A program made the translations under genes and the position numbers. Shown piece by piece: positions 1 through 9,610 of a stretch of 64,000 bases of DNA (within the stretch, counting starts at the first letter, position 1; the number at the start of each line of letters is the position of its first letter). Under the pieces are notes generated by a model. The model was not told the DNA's origin and did not search any database. It saw nothing but the letters and a program-made list of their open reading frames with translations. This DNA is from a virus (Duplodnaviria > Caudoviricetes), in the IMG/VR virus record IMGVR_UViG_3300013121_000031, positions 1-64,000 of that record. One strand, given 5' to 3'.

Positions 1-734
1 GTCGATTTTATGATTCTGGTAATAAGCAGTTAGGTGGCAATTATGCTGCTAAAACGAGGCATATGGTGTGGCTGGTTGATCGCCAAAATCCAACTAAAGG
101 CCCTCAAATCATGCTGCTACCAGACAAGACAATCAATAATATTCGTGGACGAATCAAAGACCCTATGAGTGGCGCTGTCAGAAGTATTGATAACCTTGAA
201 GCTGGTTATGATGTTGTTTTTACAAAGAGAAAAGAAACTCCGACATCTCCATACCAAACAATTGAAGACATTTTCATCGCAAATGACCCGACTCCATTAG
301 GAACAGTTGATCAAGTGATCAAAAATTGGCTTCCATTTATTGCTGCACACCCTATTGAAAGCATCATGAATTGGAAAACACCAGAAGAGATTGCTAAATT
401 AGCTGACATCACGACTACTGCTAGTATTCAAGATAAAGCTGCTGAATTGCAACAAAATTTTCCACTACAGACACAACCAGTCTTGACTAATCCAGCTCCA
501 CCATTAGTCAGTGGTCCTGGGGTTGCTGTAGAACAGCAACTAGCATCAGTTCAAATGCAAAGTGCTGAATCTGGTGGTTTGCAACAAACAACTCAACCTG
601 TTTCGGTATCGAACGCGCAAACAATAGCCCCAGCAGTGCAAGCTCAATTGGCACCGGGAGCAACTACTGAGGGTGATGCAGCCCAAGTTGATATTTCCGA
701 TTTAATGCAAAAATTAGGAAATCAATTAGACTAA
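1..734 (+). CDS. ssDNA-binding protein (gp32-like), 5' truncated by the window
   Basis: Frame is open from the window start (RFYDSGNKQLGGNYAAKTRHMVWLVDR..KGPQIM); low-complexity tail ending acidic; directly upstream of the recombinase. Confidence 0.6.
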   Translation, partial: RFYDSGNKQLGGNYAAKTRHMVWLVDRQNPTKGPQIMLLPDKTINNIRGRIKDPMSGAVRSIDNLEAGYDVVFTKRKETPTSPYQTIEDIFIANDPTPLGTVDQVIKNWLPFIAAHPIESIMNWKTPEEIAKLADITTTASIQDKAAELQQNFPLQTQPVLTNPAPPLVSGPGVAVEQQLASVQMQSAESGGLQQTTQPVSVSNAQTIAPAVQAQLAPGATTEGDAAQVDISDLMQKLGNQLD

Positions 735-750
735 TCAATTAGGGGACATG

Positions 751-775
751 AACCGGGAAGTTTTTCTTCCCGGTT
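751..775 (+). terminator. Stem-loop after SSB gene
   Basis: AACCGGGAAG-TTTTT-CTTCCCGGTT followed by GTGTTTCTTT. Confidence 0.6.
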
Positions 776-795
776 GTGTTTCTTTGGAGGTATTT

Positions 796-1911
796 ATGCA
801 ATTTATTAAAACTGGTTCCACTAGGTTGAACAAAATACTTGGTGGAGGGTTTGCTTTATCTAGAATGGCGCATGTAGTTGGAGATCCAAGTACCGGAAAG
901 ACTCAATTAGCCATTGAAACCATGGTCAATTTTCAAAAATCATATAATTCATTTGCTGGTAAAGTAAAAAATGCCCTATTAAACGGAACCAACTTTACCA
1001 AAATTATGTACTGTGACGCTGAGGCAGCGTTCAACCCAGATTATGCTGAAGTTTTAGGACTCAATCTCGCTGATGTTGAGTTTGTTCAACCAAGTGACCC
1101 AAATTTAGGCATTACTTTAGAAGATTATGCAACTGCACTTGAAACATTTTTGCAGCAATTACCAGAAGGTGCTCCAGGGCTGTTTATCTTGGATTCTTTG
1201 GACTCTCTTCCAACTAAGTATGAGATGGAGACTCCTTTTGAAAAACGTGAACGAGGTTATGGCACAAGTAAGGCTAAATTACTTGGAGAAATTTATAAAA
1301 CAACCAGTCAAAGATTAGCTTTTAAACAAGCCTGTCATATTGTCATTTCACAGACTAGGCAAAATGTTAGTGGTTACGGTCCTAAACGTATTTTTAGTGG
1401 GGGAGAAGCTCCAAAATTTTATGCATCTCAAAGATTGATGCTCACAAAGAAAGAAGATTTAGACAAAACCATAAAAGGAACCAAAACTGTGTATGGAGTT
1501 ATGGTTGAAGCTTTCTGTGCCAAAAATAAAGTAGCTAAACCACTTCAAAAAACTGAGTACAGTATAGTTTTTGACTATGGGATTGACGATTTACGTGACA
1601 ACCTTGATTGGTTATACGAAATCAAACAACAAGAAAGAATCCCGGAAGAATTTGTCAAACTTCAAGGCGGTGGAATTGCAAAATCATCTACTGTTCCTTA
1701 CGAAAGGATACTAAAATTAGACAAAAAGGCTAAACGGCAAGCAATTGAAAAAATAGAACAAGTAACAAGTGATCTTTGGGATGAAATTCAAGCTGAATTA
1801 AGCAACTCATTACCAAACTCAAAGTATGACGATGATGATGACATGATGCTGCCAACTGAGCCTATTGCAGAGCCACCAAAGGAGAACGAAGATGGAGATA
1901 AGAGCGTATAA
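796..1911 (+). CDS. uvsX: RecA/UvsX recombinase
   Basis: Walker A GDPSTGKT, DAE, Walker B FILDSL, SQTR, GGEAPKFYASQRL; GGAGG before ATG 796. Confidence 0.92.
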   Translation: MQFIKTGSTRLNKILGGGFALSRMAHVVGDPSTGKTQLAIETMVNFQKSYNSFAGKVKNALLNGTNFTKIMYCDAEAAFNPDYAEVLGLNLADVEFVQPSDPNLGITLEDYATALETFLQQLPEGAPGLFILDSLDSLPTKYEMETPFEKRERGYGTSKAKLLGEIYKTTSQRLAFKQACHIVISQTRQNVSGYGPKRIFSGGEAPKFYASQRLMLTKKEDLDKTIKGTKTVYGVMVEAFCAKNKVAKPLQKTEYSIVFDYGIDDLRDNLDWLYEIKQQERIPEEFVKLQGGGIAKSSTVPYERILKLDKKAKRQAIEKIEQVTSDLWDEIQAELSNSLPNSKYDDDDDMMLPTEPIAEPPKENEDGDKSV

Positions 1912-2179
1912 GTGCGATAAGACTAAATGCGGAACCATTCTAAAACCAAATCAAGGTTTTAGAGTTCCTAAAACATTCGGTATTTTTGGTTACAAAGATT
2001 CTTTTGAAAGTCTTGATATAAGCATCAATAACGAAATGGTCCATTTATGTCTTTCATGTTTTGTATCTCAATTACCAACTGAAGTAAAAATTGAGATCAA
2101 AAATGAGTTGAAAGCTTACCCTCTTGAACAACCACGTCAGCAAATTAAAACAATGGATATAAAGGAGAACGCAAGATGA
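1892..2179 (+). CDS. Hypothetical protein with two Cys pairs
   Basis: ORF after AAGGAGAACG; CDKTKC and HLCLSC. Confidence 0.55.
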   Translation: MEIRAYKCDKTKCGTILKPNQGFRVPKTFGIFGYKDSFESLDISINNEMVHLCLSCFVSQLPTEVKIEIKNELKAYPLEQPRQQIKTMDIKENAR

Positions 2180-3240
2180 ACCACAAAGTTCTGTTTCTCA
2201 GTGACTTACATTTTACTTTGAACAAAAATGATGAGTACCGCTGGGGGTTGTTCGAACAAGTAAACCAAATTTTGAGTAATGACAATCAAATTACTCATAT
2301 TGTCGTGTCAGGCGATATTACTGAGTACAAAGACAACCACCCAGCAGAGTTAGTCAACAGAATTGTTTCGGGGTTTGCTAAATGGCAAGCACTTTTGCAT
2401 CAAAATACTCTAGCCGGGGGTGATGTTAATTGCGGAATCATTGTCTTAATGGGGAATCATGACGCAAAAGATCTAACTACTCCTTATTTTAAATTTTTGA
2501 GCAGAGTGCCAGGCTTGGAATTTCTCCCAGAAGCACGAGAGTTAAAAATCAATGGAGTTGATTTTGTTTTCCTTCCTCATTGCAAAAATCCCACTGAGGA
2601 ATGGAAAAGCATTGATTTTACTGACAAGATTGTGGTTGGGCATGTTATGGTTGATGGAGCATTTTCAGAGGCTGGGTATAAGCTTGAATCGCAAGTAAAT
2701 TCAGCAATATTTGAAAAGGCTAAGAAAGCCTATTCAGGTGACATTCATACACCACAAACATGTGGCAAGTTAGTGTATATCGGTGCTCCGTATCAAATTG
2801 ACTATAACGATAAGTACAAAGGTCGAGGGATTATTCTTGATCTAAATGACTTCACAGAGGCAATTGTGCATTTTTCATTTTTAGAAAAATTCACTATGGA
2901 TATCAAAACTGTTGAAGAAGCAAAAGCAATTATCGACCAAAAGATTGCTGGTAAAGTTACTGAAGCACAAGTCAAAGTGAGGTTGCACATTAATCAAGAC
3001 AATCTTGGTGAGTGGCAAGACATTAAGGCTAAAGTTTTTCAATTAGTCAAAAATGCTGGTTATACGCTAGGGACATTCAGTCTCAATAAAGAGAAAGTAG
3101 TGAATCCTTTAGATAAAGCGCTTTCTCAAAAAGAAGCAAAATTCATCGATTTTAAAAACTTCTGCAAAAAGAATGGAATTATTGATGAAATGAGTGATTT
3201 TGGACAAAAAATAATCAACAAGGAGCCTGGATATGTCTAA
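2176..3240 (+). CDS. Mre11/SbcD-like nuclease (gp47-like)
   Basis: Metallophosphoesterase motifs SDLH, GD, GNHD, GH, GDIH. Confidence 0.9.
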   Translation: MNHKVLFLSDLHFTLNKNDEYRWGLFEQVNQILSNDNQITHIVVSGDITEYKDNHPAELVNRIVSGFAKWQALLHQNTLAGGDVNCGIIVLMGNHDAKDLTTPYFKFLSRVPGLEFLPEARELKINGVDFVFLPHCKNPTEEWKSIDFTDKIVVGHVMVDGAFSEAGYKLESQVNSAIFEKAKKAYSGDIHTPQTCGKLVYIGAPYQIDYNDKYKGRGIILDLNDFTEAIVHFSFLEKFTMDIKTVEEAKAIIDQKIAGKVTEAQVKVRLHINQDNLGEWQDIKAKVFQLVKNAGYTLGTFSLNKEKVVNPLDKALSQKEAKFIDFKNFCKKNGIIDEMSDFGQKIINKEPGYV

Positions 3241-3523
3241 AGAAGACCGAGAGCGCTATATGCAAGCATGTCATGCCATGCAATCAGGTGTCAAAGCAGT
3301 TGATTCACCAAATGACAAATCATTCAAACATATAAGAGTAGGAATCAATAGTGCTTTGGTTTCAAATGGAGCTATTGTTAAATTATTGATTGATAAAGGA
3401 GTCATTACTCTTGATGAATTTGAAAAATACATAGCAGTGGCTATGGAAGAGGAAGTTGAGTCTTATAAAAAGATGTTTGCTGAAAAGCATAACATCGACC
3501 CATCAAAGGTATTTTTTGCATGA
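3233..3523 (+). CDS. Hypothetical protein
   Basis: ORF with SD, overlapping its neighbours. Confidence 0.6.
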   Translation: MSKEDRERYMQACHAMQSGVKAVDSPNDKSFKHIRVGINSALVSNGAIVKLLIDKGVITLDEFEKYIAVAMEEEVESYKKMFAEKHNIDPSKVFFA

Positions 3524-3942
3524 GAACAGTAAAAAATTGGCGTGGACAACTATTAAATTGCAAGTTTGAGTGGCCGGAAGATTGTTTTTTGCAATTTGGC
3601 GGTGATGGAATGGTATTTACTGAAAATACCTTCTCTCAAGCTTTACATGACCCAAAAGTAGCTATTGATGCTTTGACTGGTAAATTGCCTCACTACAAAA
3701 CTGCATTTTTTGAAGCTTTTCCAGAAAATCCCAAGACATTTATAAGAGGAGAAGGAGAAACGCCAGAAAAGGCTGAGGAGGATTGCTGGAATCAATGGCA
3801 AAAAATTCTTCTATGCGAAAATCATGAGTTTGAAAAACGTAAGTACACTAATGGCTATGGGATTTGCAAACACTGTGAATTAGGCATGTCAAACAAATTC
3901 CCTGTGGAGGAGAACGATGAAATTAAAACGAATAGAGCTTAG
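3520..3942 (+). CDS. Hypothetical phage protein
   Basis: ATGA-coupled ORF; FFEAFP..TFIRGEG; C-terminal Cys/His cluster. Confidence 0.6.
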   Translation: MRTVKNWRGQLLNCKFEWPEDCFLQFGGDGMVFTENTFSQALHDPKVAIDALTGKLPHYKTAFFEAFPENPKTFIRGEGETPEKAEEDCWNQWQKILLCENHEFEKRKYTNGYGICKHCELGMSNKFPVEENDEIKTNRA

Positions 3943-5914
3943 AGACTTCAAATGCTATGAAAAGCTTGATCTAAGTTTCAAAGACACAAATGGTCTTTTC
4001 TTGTTAACTGGTGAAAATCACCAAAATATGTCACTAGGAACTAATGGAGTTGGAAAATCAACAATATTAGATGCTATTTGTTGGGCTTTATATGAAAAAA
4101 CAGCCAAAGGGATAAAAGCAAGCAAATTACTTCGTCGAGGCACACAAGCTGAAGGGTATGTGGTCAAATTACATTTTGATGAATTTGAGATTGAAAGAAG
4201 TTGGCATCCAAACTATGTGACTTTGAATGGCAAGGTTGTTTCAGAAGAACAATTAGTTCAAAAAATTGGTCTAACTTATGAGCAGTTTCTTTTCACTATT
4301 TATTTTCAGCAAAACAGCACACATTTTGTTGATTTATCAGCCACCGAGAAGCTTGCATTCTTATCGGATGTGTTTGATTTGAATATTTGGCTTGATCATG
4401 CTGAAGTTTGTAAAGCTCAAGTTGATTCATTACAAATTGTCTCAGCAAGCTTGCTTAGCAAAGCTGAAGTGGTTTCATTGCATATAGCTGACCTTGTTGC
4501 TGAAACTGAAAGAATCCAGATGCTTAAGGAGAACTGGGAGCAAGAAAGATTAGGGCAGCGAAAAGTCATAGAGACAAATTTAGAAGAAATCACAAACCAA
4601 ATGAATAAATGGGAGAGTGATGCTTTTGCAAAAAGAGCTGAGAAAGTTAAACAGCTTGATCAGTTAAAGGCGCAAGTTAAAGAAGTTGATTGCAAAGGAC
4701 TTGAAGAATCGGCTGAATTAGTTAGACAAGCTGTTGAACAAACAAAAAATCAACTAGACACTCAAGTCAAGCTCTCTAATCAAAAACAATTAGAATTGAT
4801 GTCGATTAAAACAACAATTTCTAACAAGACCGAACAGATTTCAAATTTGCAATCAATAGCTCAATGCCCAACCTGCGAACAAGTGGTCAGTGATGATCAC
4901 AAATCTATGCTTTTGACTCAAATCAATGAACAAATAAAAGTATTAGATAGTGAAACTAAAACTATTAATGAGCAGATAACTGCTTATGCGATTGTCACTA
5001 CTGAAAAAACACAACTTCTACAAGATTTATATGATAAAAATTCTCGTTTACTTACAATGCTTGGTGACGCCAAGGCTGAGCAAGAGAAGCAAAACTCAAT
5101 AAATCAACAAATTAATGAAATTGAACAAAATCTATCAGCGGTTCAAGAAGGAAATCCATACACCACTCAACATGCACAATTAGTAGCTCAATTGTCGCAA
5201 TTTGATGTGACATTTGCCAACCCATATGACCCGGAGCTAGTCAAAATCGCTGAAAAGCATGAAAATGAAAAAACCAAGCATACTGAGTTTATTGAAGCAA
5301 AAAGAGTAAATGATGAAGTTCTTGGTAAATACATGTTTTGGAAAACACAATTTCCATTAATTCGTCTAGCAATTCTCGATGATATTACTGAAGACATTGA
5401 AATTCATTTCAATCAAGCACTTGCAGCCGTTGGATTATTTGATTGGTCAGTCAAAGTAGCAACTGATCGGGCTTTGAAATCTAATAAAAAGGCAGTAAGA
5501 AAAGAATTGAATATTCAATTATTCAATAACCAAGGAGTTGAAATAGAGATTGATACAATTTCTGGCGGAGAAATGCAGAGAATTAGGATTGCTAGTGCAA
5601 TAGGCATTAGTGAAATGATCAAAGCTAGATTAGGCGTTAATTGGAATCTTCAATTATGGGATGAGCCAAGTCTTGGCTTATCAGGTGAAGGAATTTCAAA
5701 TATGCTTGAATTCTTCAAAATGCTGTCAGAATCAGTAGAAGTGTTTGTTGCTGACCATAGGGTGCAAAATTTGGTCAAATTCGATAAGATATTTAATATT
5801 ATCAAGCGACCCACAGGCTGCTCTACCATTGATGAAATTGTGAATGAAGTTGATTCAATGGCTCACACTGATAATATGAGTATTAAAGAGCTGCAAAAAC
5901 TAACCATGCAATGA
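3917..5914 (+). CDS. Rad50/SbcC-like ATPase (gp46-like)
   Basis: Walker A NGVGKS, coiled coils, Zn-hook CPTCEQ, signature SGGE, Walker B LWDEP. Confidence 0.92.
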   Translation: MKLKRIELRDFKCYEKLDLSFKDTNGLFLLTGENHQNMSLGTNGVGKSTILDAICWALYEKTAKGIKASKLLRRGTQAEGYVVKLHFDEFEIERSWHPNYVTLNGKVVSEEQLVQKIGLTYEQFLFTIYFQQNSTHFVDLSATEKLAFLSDVFDLNIWLDHAEVCKAQVDSLQIVSASLLSKAEVVSLHIADLVAETERIQMLKENWEQERLGQRKVIETNLEEITNQMNKWESDAFAKRAEKVKQLDQLKAQVKEVDCKGLEESAELVRQAVEQTKNQLDTQVKLSNQKQLELMSIKTTISNKTEQISNLQSIAQCPTCEQVVSDDHKSMLLTQINEQIKVLDSETKTINEQITAYAIVTTEKTQLLQDLYDKNSRLLTMLGDAKAEQEKQNSINQQINEIEQNLSAVQEGNPYTTQHAQLVAQLSQFDVTFANPYDPELVKIAEKHENEKTKHTEFIEAKRVNDEVLGKYMFWKTQFPLIRLAILDDITEDIEIHFNQALAAVGLFDWSVKVATDRALKSNKKAVRKELNIQLFNNQGVEIEIDTISGGEMQRIRIASAIGISEMIKARLGVNWNLQLWDEPSLGLSGEGISNMLEFFKMLSESVEVFVADHRVQNLVKFDKIFNIIKRPTGCSTIDEIVNEVDSMAHTDNMSIKELQKLTMQ

Positions 5915-6207
5915 AATTAGACAACAATCTACTAATACAGTCTTTCTTTCACCCAGGATGTCGCGGACGACTAGAGAGACTGTGTTTGTTGTTGATGTCA
6001 TCTCTTAGAGTAAGAACAGCATCACCAGATGAATTACGTGAGCTGTTCTTTGAGCAGATGCTTTACTTACAGAATTATCTTGGTCGCCCACTTGTCTTAG
6101 ATGCCGAAGAGCTGTCAGAATGGCTTATGGTACATGTTGACAAACTCTACCATCGAGTTCACACAATTCGATTAAGAGCGGGAGAGATACAGGTTGAGCG
6201 GAGTTAA
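5911..6207 (+). CDS. Hypothetical protein
   Basis: ATGA-coupled ORF. Confidence 0.5.
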   Translation: MKLDNNLLIQSFFHPGCRGRLERLCLLLMSSLRVRTASPDELRELFFEQMLYLQNYLGRPLVLDAEELSEWLMVHVDKLYHRVHTIRLRAGEIQVERS

Positions 6208-6712
6208 GTTTCCACAGTATCCATTTAAACTGGATAGTAACCATTTATATATGTTCTTGATAGATAGGCACTCTGAGGATCGAACTTATTGGAGTGCTGA
6301 GCAGTTGTGTACCATTTTTGATCCAGCATACTATTTTGAGCTTGTCAGCAAGAAAATCTTAGTAGAGAGAAAAAATAATCAAGTCTCATTAGAGTTCAAA
6401 ATATTAGGCACCAATAGTCAAAACATAATTGAGGCTGTCGAAGAGTATAACGATATTTGCTCATATAGAGAGCTTTTGCGTAGATTATCCAAGGCGCGTA
6501 TAACATCTCCTCAATTAAAACAATATCTAGCCTTTCTATTTAATTTTAACCAGCTCCAATATTTTGTATCACCAGCGGATGGTTTGACTTACATAACCAC
6601 AGCAAAAAACCCTGAAATCGAACGCGATATCGATGAGTTTTTTAGAGTCTGTGATGTACTTGAAGCCAAATTTCAGTACATTTTTGATCCAGATAAGCCA
6701 AAAACCAAATAA
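6194..6712 (+). CDS. Hypothetical protein
   Basis: 172-aa ORF with GGAG upstream. Confidence 0.55.
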   Translation: MSGVKFPQYPFKLDSNHLYMFLIDRHSEDRTYWSAEQLCTIFDPAYYFELVSKKILVERKNNQVSLEFKILGTNSQNIIEAVEEYNDICSYRELLRRLSKARITSPQLKQYLAFLFNFNQLQYFVSPADGLTYITTAKNPEIERDIDEFFRVCDVLEAKFQYIFDPDKPKTK

Positions 6713-6839
6713 AAATGTCAGTGGTTTTGCTACTTATTTATAAGTGTGGGTAATAAATTTACAATTCATAGATTGCACAGATAATTAGCCGAGACAGTGA
6801 TGCGGCGCTGGTTTCCAGTTGTATCAAAGCGGTGTTTTA

Positions 6840-6868
6840 TTGACTGACGTATAACGTCAGTATATATT
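6840..6868 (+). promoter_or_regulatory. Sigma70-type promoter with internal palindrome
   Basis: TTGACT-N17-TATATT; ACTGACGT-ata-ACGTCAGT at 6843-6861. Confidence 0.65.
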
Positions 6869-6942
6869 TTAAATGTGTAAAGGCTAATGAATGTACATCA
6901 GCCTTCTGCGAAAAACACCACACACATAAATTGGAGAATGAC

Positions 6943-7134
6943 ATGGATAAGAATAAAAATAAGCAGGTTGCTGAAACTCAAGAAATTGAAAAGCGTTCAA
7001 ATGCAGGAACCTTTTCATATGCTCGTTGCCAACTCGACTTGGCTCGCAACCTGCTTAAAAGAGGATATGAGAATCCGCAAGAAAGCCGTAAAAAACTGCT
7101 CAAAGTGGTTGATTTGCTCAAAGACGCTTCTTAA
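6943..7134 (+). CDS. Small hypothetical protein
   Basis: GGAG SD; lies between a promoter and a terminator. Confidence 0.6.
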   Translation: MDKNKNKQVAETQEIEKRSNAGTFSYARCQLDLARNLLKRGYENPQESRKKLLKVVDLLKDAS

Positions 7135-7159
7135 AGACTCAATGCCCCTAAGCCAACTT

Positions 7160-7190
7160 AAACCCGGAATTTCAATATTCCGGGTTTTTA
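7160..7190 (+). terminator. Intrinsic terminator
   Basis: AAACCCGGAAT-ttcaat-ATTCCGGGTTT then T-rich. Confidence 0.8.
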
Positions 7191-7202
7191 TTTGATTACT
7201 TA

Positions 7203-7254
7203 TTGCAATACTAATAGTTTTGCATTATATTAGTATTGTAATTAAGGAGAACGA
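7203..7254 (+). promoter_or_regulatory. Conserved early promoter plus RBS
   Basis: TTGCAA-TACTAATAGTTTTGCAT-TATATT...AAGGAGAACG; 7209-7254 is 45/46 identical to 58963-59008. Confidence 0.8.
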
Positions 7255-7261
7255 ATGAATT

Positions 7262-7558
7262 ATGACTGTCCATAAACTTTATCTGATTACCATGGAAGAT
7301 GGAACTTCAATAGAAGGTCTAGCTAAATCAACACAAGAACTTGTTTCTCGATTTTATGATGTAGTTCAAACAGCTCCGAAAATTCTCAGTGTTGAAGTAG
7401 AACCTTGTTCTTGTCATGTTTTGTTTTCATATGTTCAAGGATCTCCAGTAATTTTCTTGCCACAACAGATGGTTGAATTGTTGGAATTGCAAGAAGATGA
7501 GGTTTTAAAGATGCAAATGACAGCCTCGGAGAGAGGTTTAATTATCCATAAAATGTAG
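7262..7558 (+). CDS. Hypothetical early protein
   Basis: ORF downstream of the early promoter. Confidence 0.6.
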   Translation: MTVHKLYLITMEDGTSIEGLAKSTQELVSRFYDVVQTAPKILSVEVEPCSCHVLFSYVQGSPVIFLPQQMVELLELQEDEVLKMQMTASERGLIIHKM

Positions 7559-7627
7559 AATTCATCAAATTCTTCAGTAGTATTCAACTATAGTTTCATA
7601 ATACAATTTACGAAAAGGAGAACGATT

Positions 7628-7975
7628 ATGAAAATGCTTGGAGTAAATCCTATATATCTATGTGACAAGCATTTGCTTGCTGAACATGCCGAAATACATG
7701 TTTTTGCGCGAACAATTCGACAAAAAATCAGCGTTAAACAATACACAGATTCTGGTTGTCTTGATACCACCAAAATAAAATCAAGACATGACGATCTAGC
7801 AAAAGAATTGGAACGCAGAAAAATTCCTCATCGCACTCCTTTGACTTATGTAGATGAAATTATGCAAGGTTCAGTTAATTCGGCCAAAAACACGGCTGAA
7901 TTGATGGAAACTTGTGATGATTGCTACTTGTTGATTAGAAAACAACTAGAAGAAAGGATTAGGATTCATGATTAA
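7628..7975 (+). CDS. denV: Pyrimidine-dimer DNA glycosylase (endonuclease V family)
   Basis: NPIYLCDKHLLAEHAEIH ... RHDDLAKELERR..HRTPL. Confidence 0.75.
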   Translation: MKMLGVNPIYLCDKHLLAEHAEIHVFARTIRQKISVKQYTDSGCLDTTKIKSRHDDLAKELERRKIPHRTPLTYVDEIMQGSVNSAKNTAELMETCDDCYLLIRKQLEERIRIHD

Positions 7976-8060
7976 AAACATGTACAAAAATTGGACTGTT
8001 GGCGAAGTTTTAGCAGTCATGGGCATTTTGGTCATTTGGATTATTTCATCAAGCATTTAA
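7968..8060 (+). CDS. 30-aa single-TM peptide (not in ORF track)
   Basis: MIKNMYKNWTVGEVLAVMGILVIWIISSSI; AGGA SD; stop overlaps the next gene's SD. Confidence 0.45.
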   Translation: MIKNMYKNWTVGEVLAVMGILVIWIISSSI

Positions 8061-8071
8061 GGAGCTTATCA

Positions 8072-8833
8072 ATGGGGAGACACTACATATCAGTTCAAAT
8101 TCCTGTGGTAACTGAAGAATATGGTACTTTGTACGATAATGAATTATTTGCAATCCATACAATTTCTCCAAAACTAACAGTTGAAGAAACACTACATGCA
8201 ATTCGTCATTATGGTTTTGCAGAACTTCCAAAAGGCACAATAATCAAAACCACAGCAGATATTCAAGTTATCACTAGCTATCACGCTGAAGAATTTTTAA
8301 AAAATGCAATTGAGTTTAATAAAGATCAATTAGCAATCATGTCAGAAGAGGGGGCTGATGATGAATCTTTGCTTGTTACTGAAAAATTGCAGTTCAATTT
8401 AGATGGATTGAACAGTTGGCAAAGCTACAAGCAAAGAAAAGAAGACATAAAACAAATTGATCGAGACAATATGATCAAGGCTGGTGTTGATAGTGTTTGC
8501 GAACCTTGCGTAATGAAAGAACGCAATAAATTTGAAATTGACACATTAATACATGATCTTTGTTATATGATCAAAAATGTCAAATGCTCTCGTGTTGAAA
8601 ACAACAAACTTCAAGGGCATACTGAAGAGTATCAAGAATCGCTAGAAACAAGTAGTTTTGACAACATCTTAGGGTCTCTTCAAAAACAATTGCAGCAATT
8701 TCTTTTAGACTTGCTTAGCAGTGACGAACAAGCCGATAAAGAAGAAAATGAACAACAAAAACTCACTGGTGATGAAAAACTTTGTGAAGATTGCGGAGGA
8801 GTGATTCTTCCCGATGAGGAGCCTCATTCATGA
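8072..8833 (+). CDS. Hypothetical protein
   Basis: TAAGGAG before ATG 8072. Confidence 0.6.
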   Translation: MGRHYISVQIPVVTEEYGTLYDNELFAIHTISPKLTVEETLHAIRHYGFAELPKGTIIKTTADIQVITSYHAEEFLKNAIEFNKDQLAIMSEEGADDESLLVTEKLQFNLDGLNSWQSYKQRKEDIKQIDRDNMIKAGVDSVCEPCVMKERNKFEIDTLIHDLCYMIKNVKCSRVENNKLQGHTEEYQESLETSSFDNILGSLQKQLQQFLLDLLSSDEQADKEENEQQKLTGDEKLCEDCGGVILPDEEPHS

Positions 8834-9537
8834 AAAATCAATTGGCTCCTATGCTTCCTATGATAAAACAAGCATTTAAACAACTAAATGCTGAGAATAT
8901 TGCTACGGCTCAAAATTTTTCATGCTGTGGTACTTGTGCTCGATCTGAATTAAAAGAGAAGCTGTCAACTGATAAAAATTCAAAGAAAAACTATATTGGG
9001 TATGTTTTTTGGCACAACCAAGCACATGATTCAGCTAAAAGAACCGGGGAGTTGAGTTTGAGTCATCAACCCTTTGTTCAAGATGATGACTTGTCAGAAA
9101 AGACTTATAACAATCTTTGCCAGAAAGTTGCAGATGCTATATATGATGCCTTGTTTGATTCTGGGTTATGCGTTTTATGGAATGGTGACCCGTTTAATAC
9201 CATTACCGTAATGACTAAAGAGCAGGGTAAACAAAAGGCCACTGAAATTGATAACAAAATCACACAAGCATTGAGTAATAAAACTGATGAAGATTTTCTT
9301 CCAAAGTCATATCCAGGGCTACTTTATGATCTCACACAAAGAGAAATGCTTGAGTTGTTTTTTACTTGTGCATATGCAAAAGATGCTCGAAATGAGATGA
9401 AAGACCGAATGAAATTTGTCTATAAATTTGCCAACCAGATTCGTAAACAAGACCAAAGACGAATGAAAAAATTGATGGCAGATACAAGAAGAATGTTAGA
9501 CAGATTAAACAAGAAAGTCAGTCAAAAAACATCATAA
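8830..9537 (+). CDS. DUF6891-like protein
   Basis: NFSCCGTCA..E, GYVFWHNQ, GLCVLWNG..TITV. Confidence 0.55.
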   Translation: MKNQLAPMLPMIKQAFKQLNAENIATAQNFSCCGTCARSELKEKLSTDKNSKKNYIGYVFWHNQAHDSAKRTGELSLSHQPFVQDDDLSEKTYNNLCQKVADAIYDALFDSGLCVLWNGDPFNTITVMTKEQGKQKATEIDNKITQALSNKTDEDFLPKSYPGLLYDLTQREMLELFFTCAYAKDARNEMKDRMKFVYKFANQIRKQDQRRMKKLMADTRRMLDRLNKKVSQKTS

Positions 9538-9610
9538 CCATCTTGTATTTTAAAAGACTTATCACTACAATAACAATATAAAACTATTGTTACCCCCAAG
9601 GAGAACGAAA

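Noticed and set aside
6765-6838. GC-richer intergenic patch as a possible ncRNA
   Set aside because: No convincing stem or known motif could be folded by eye
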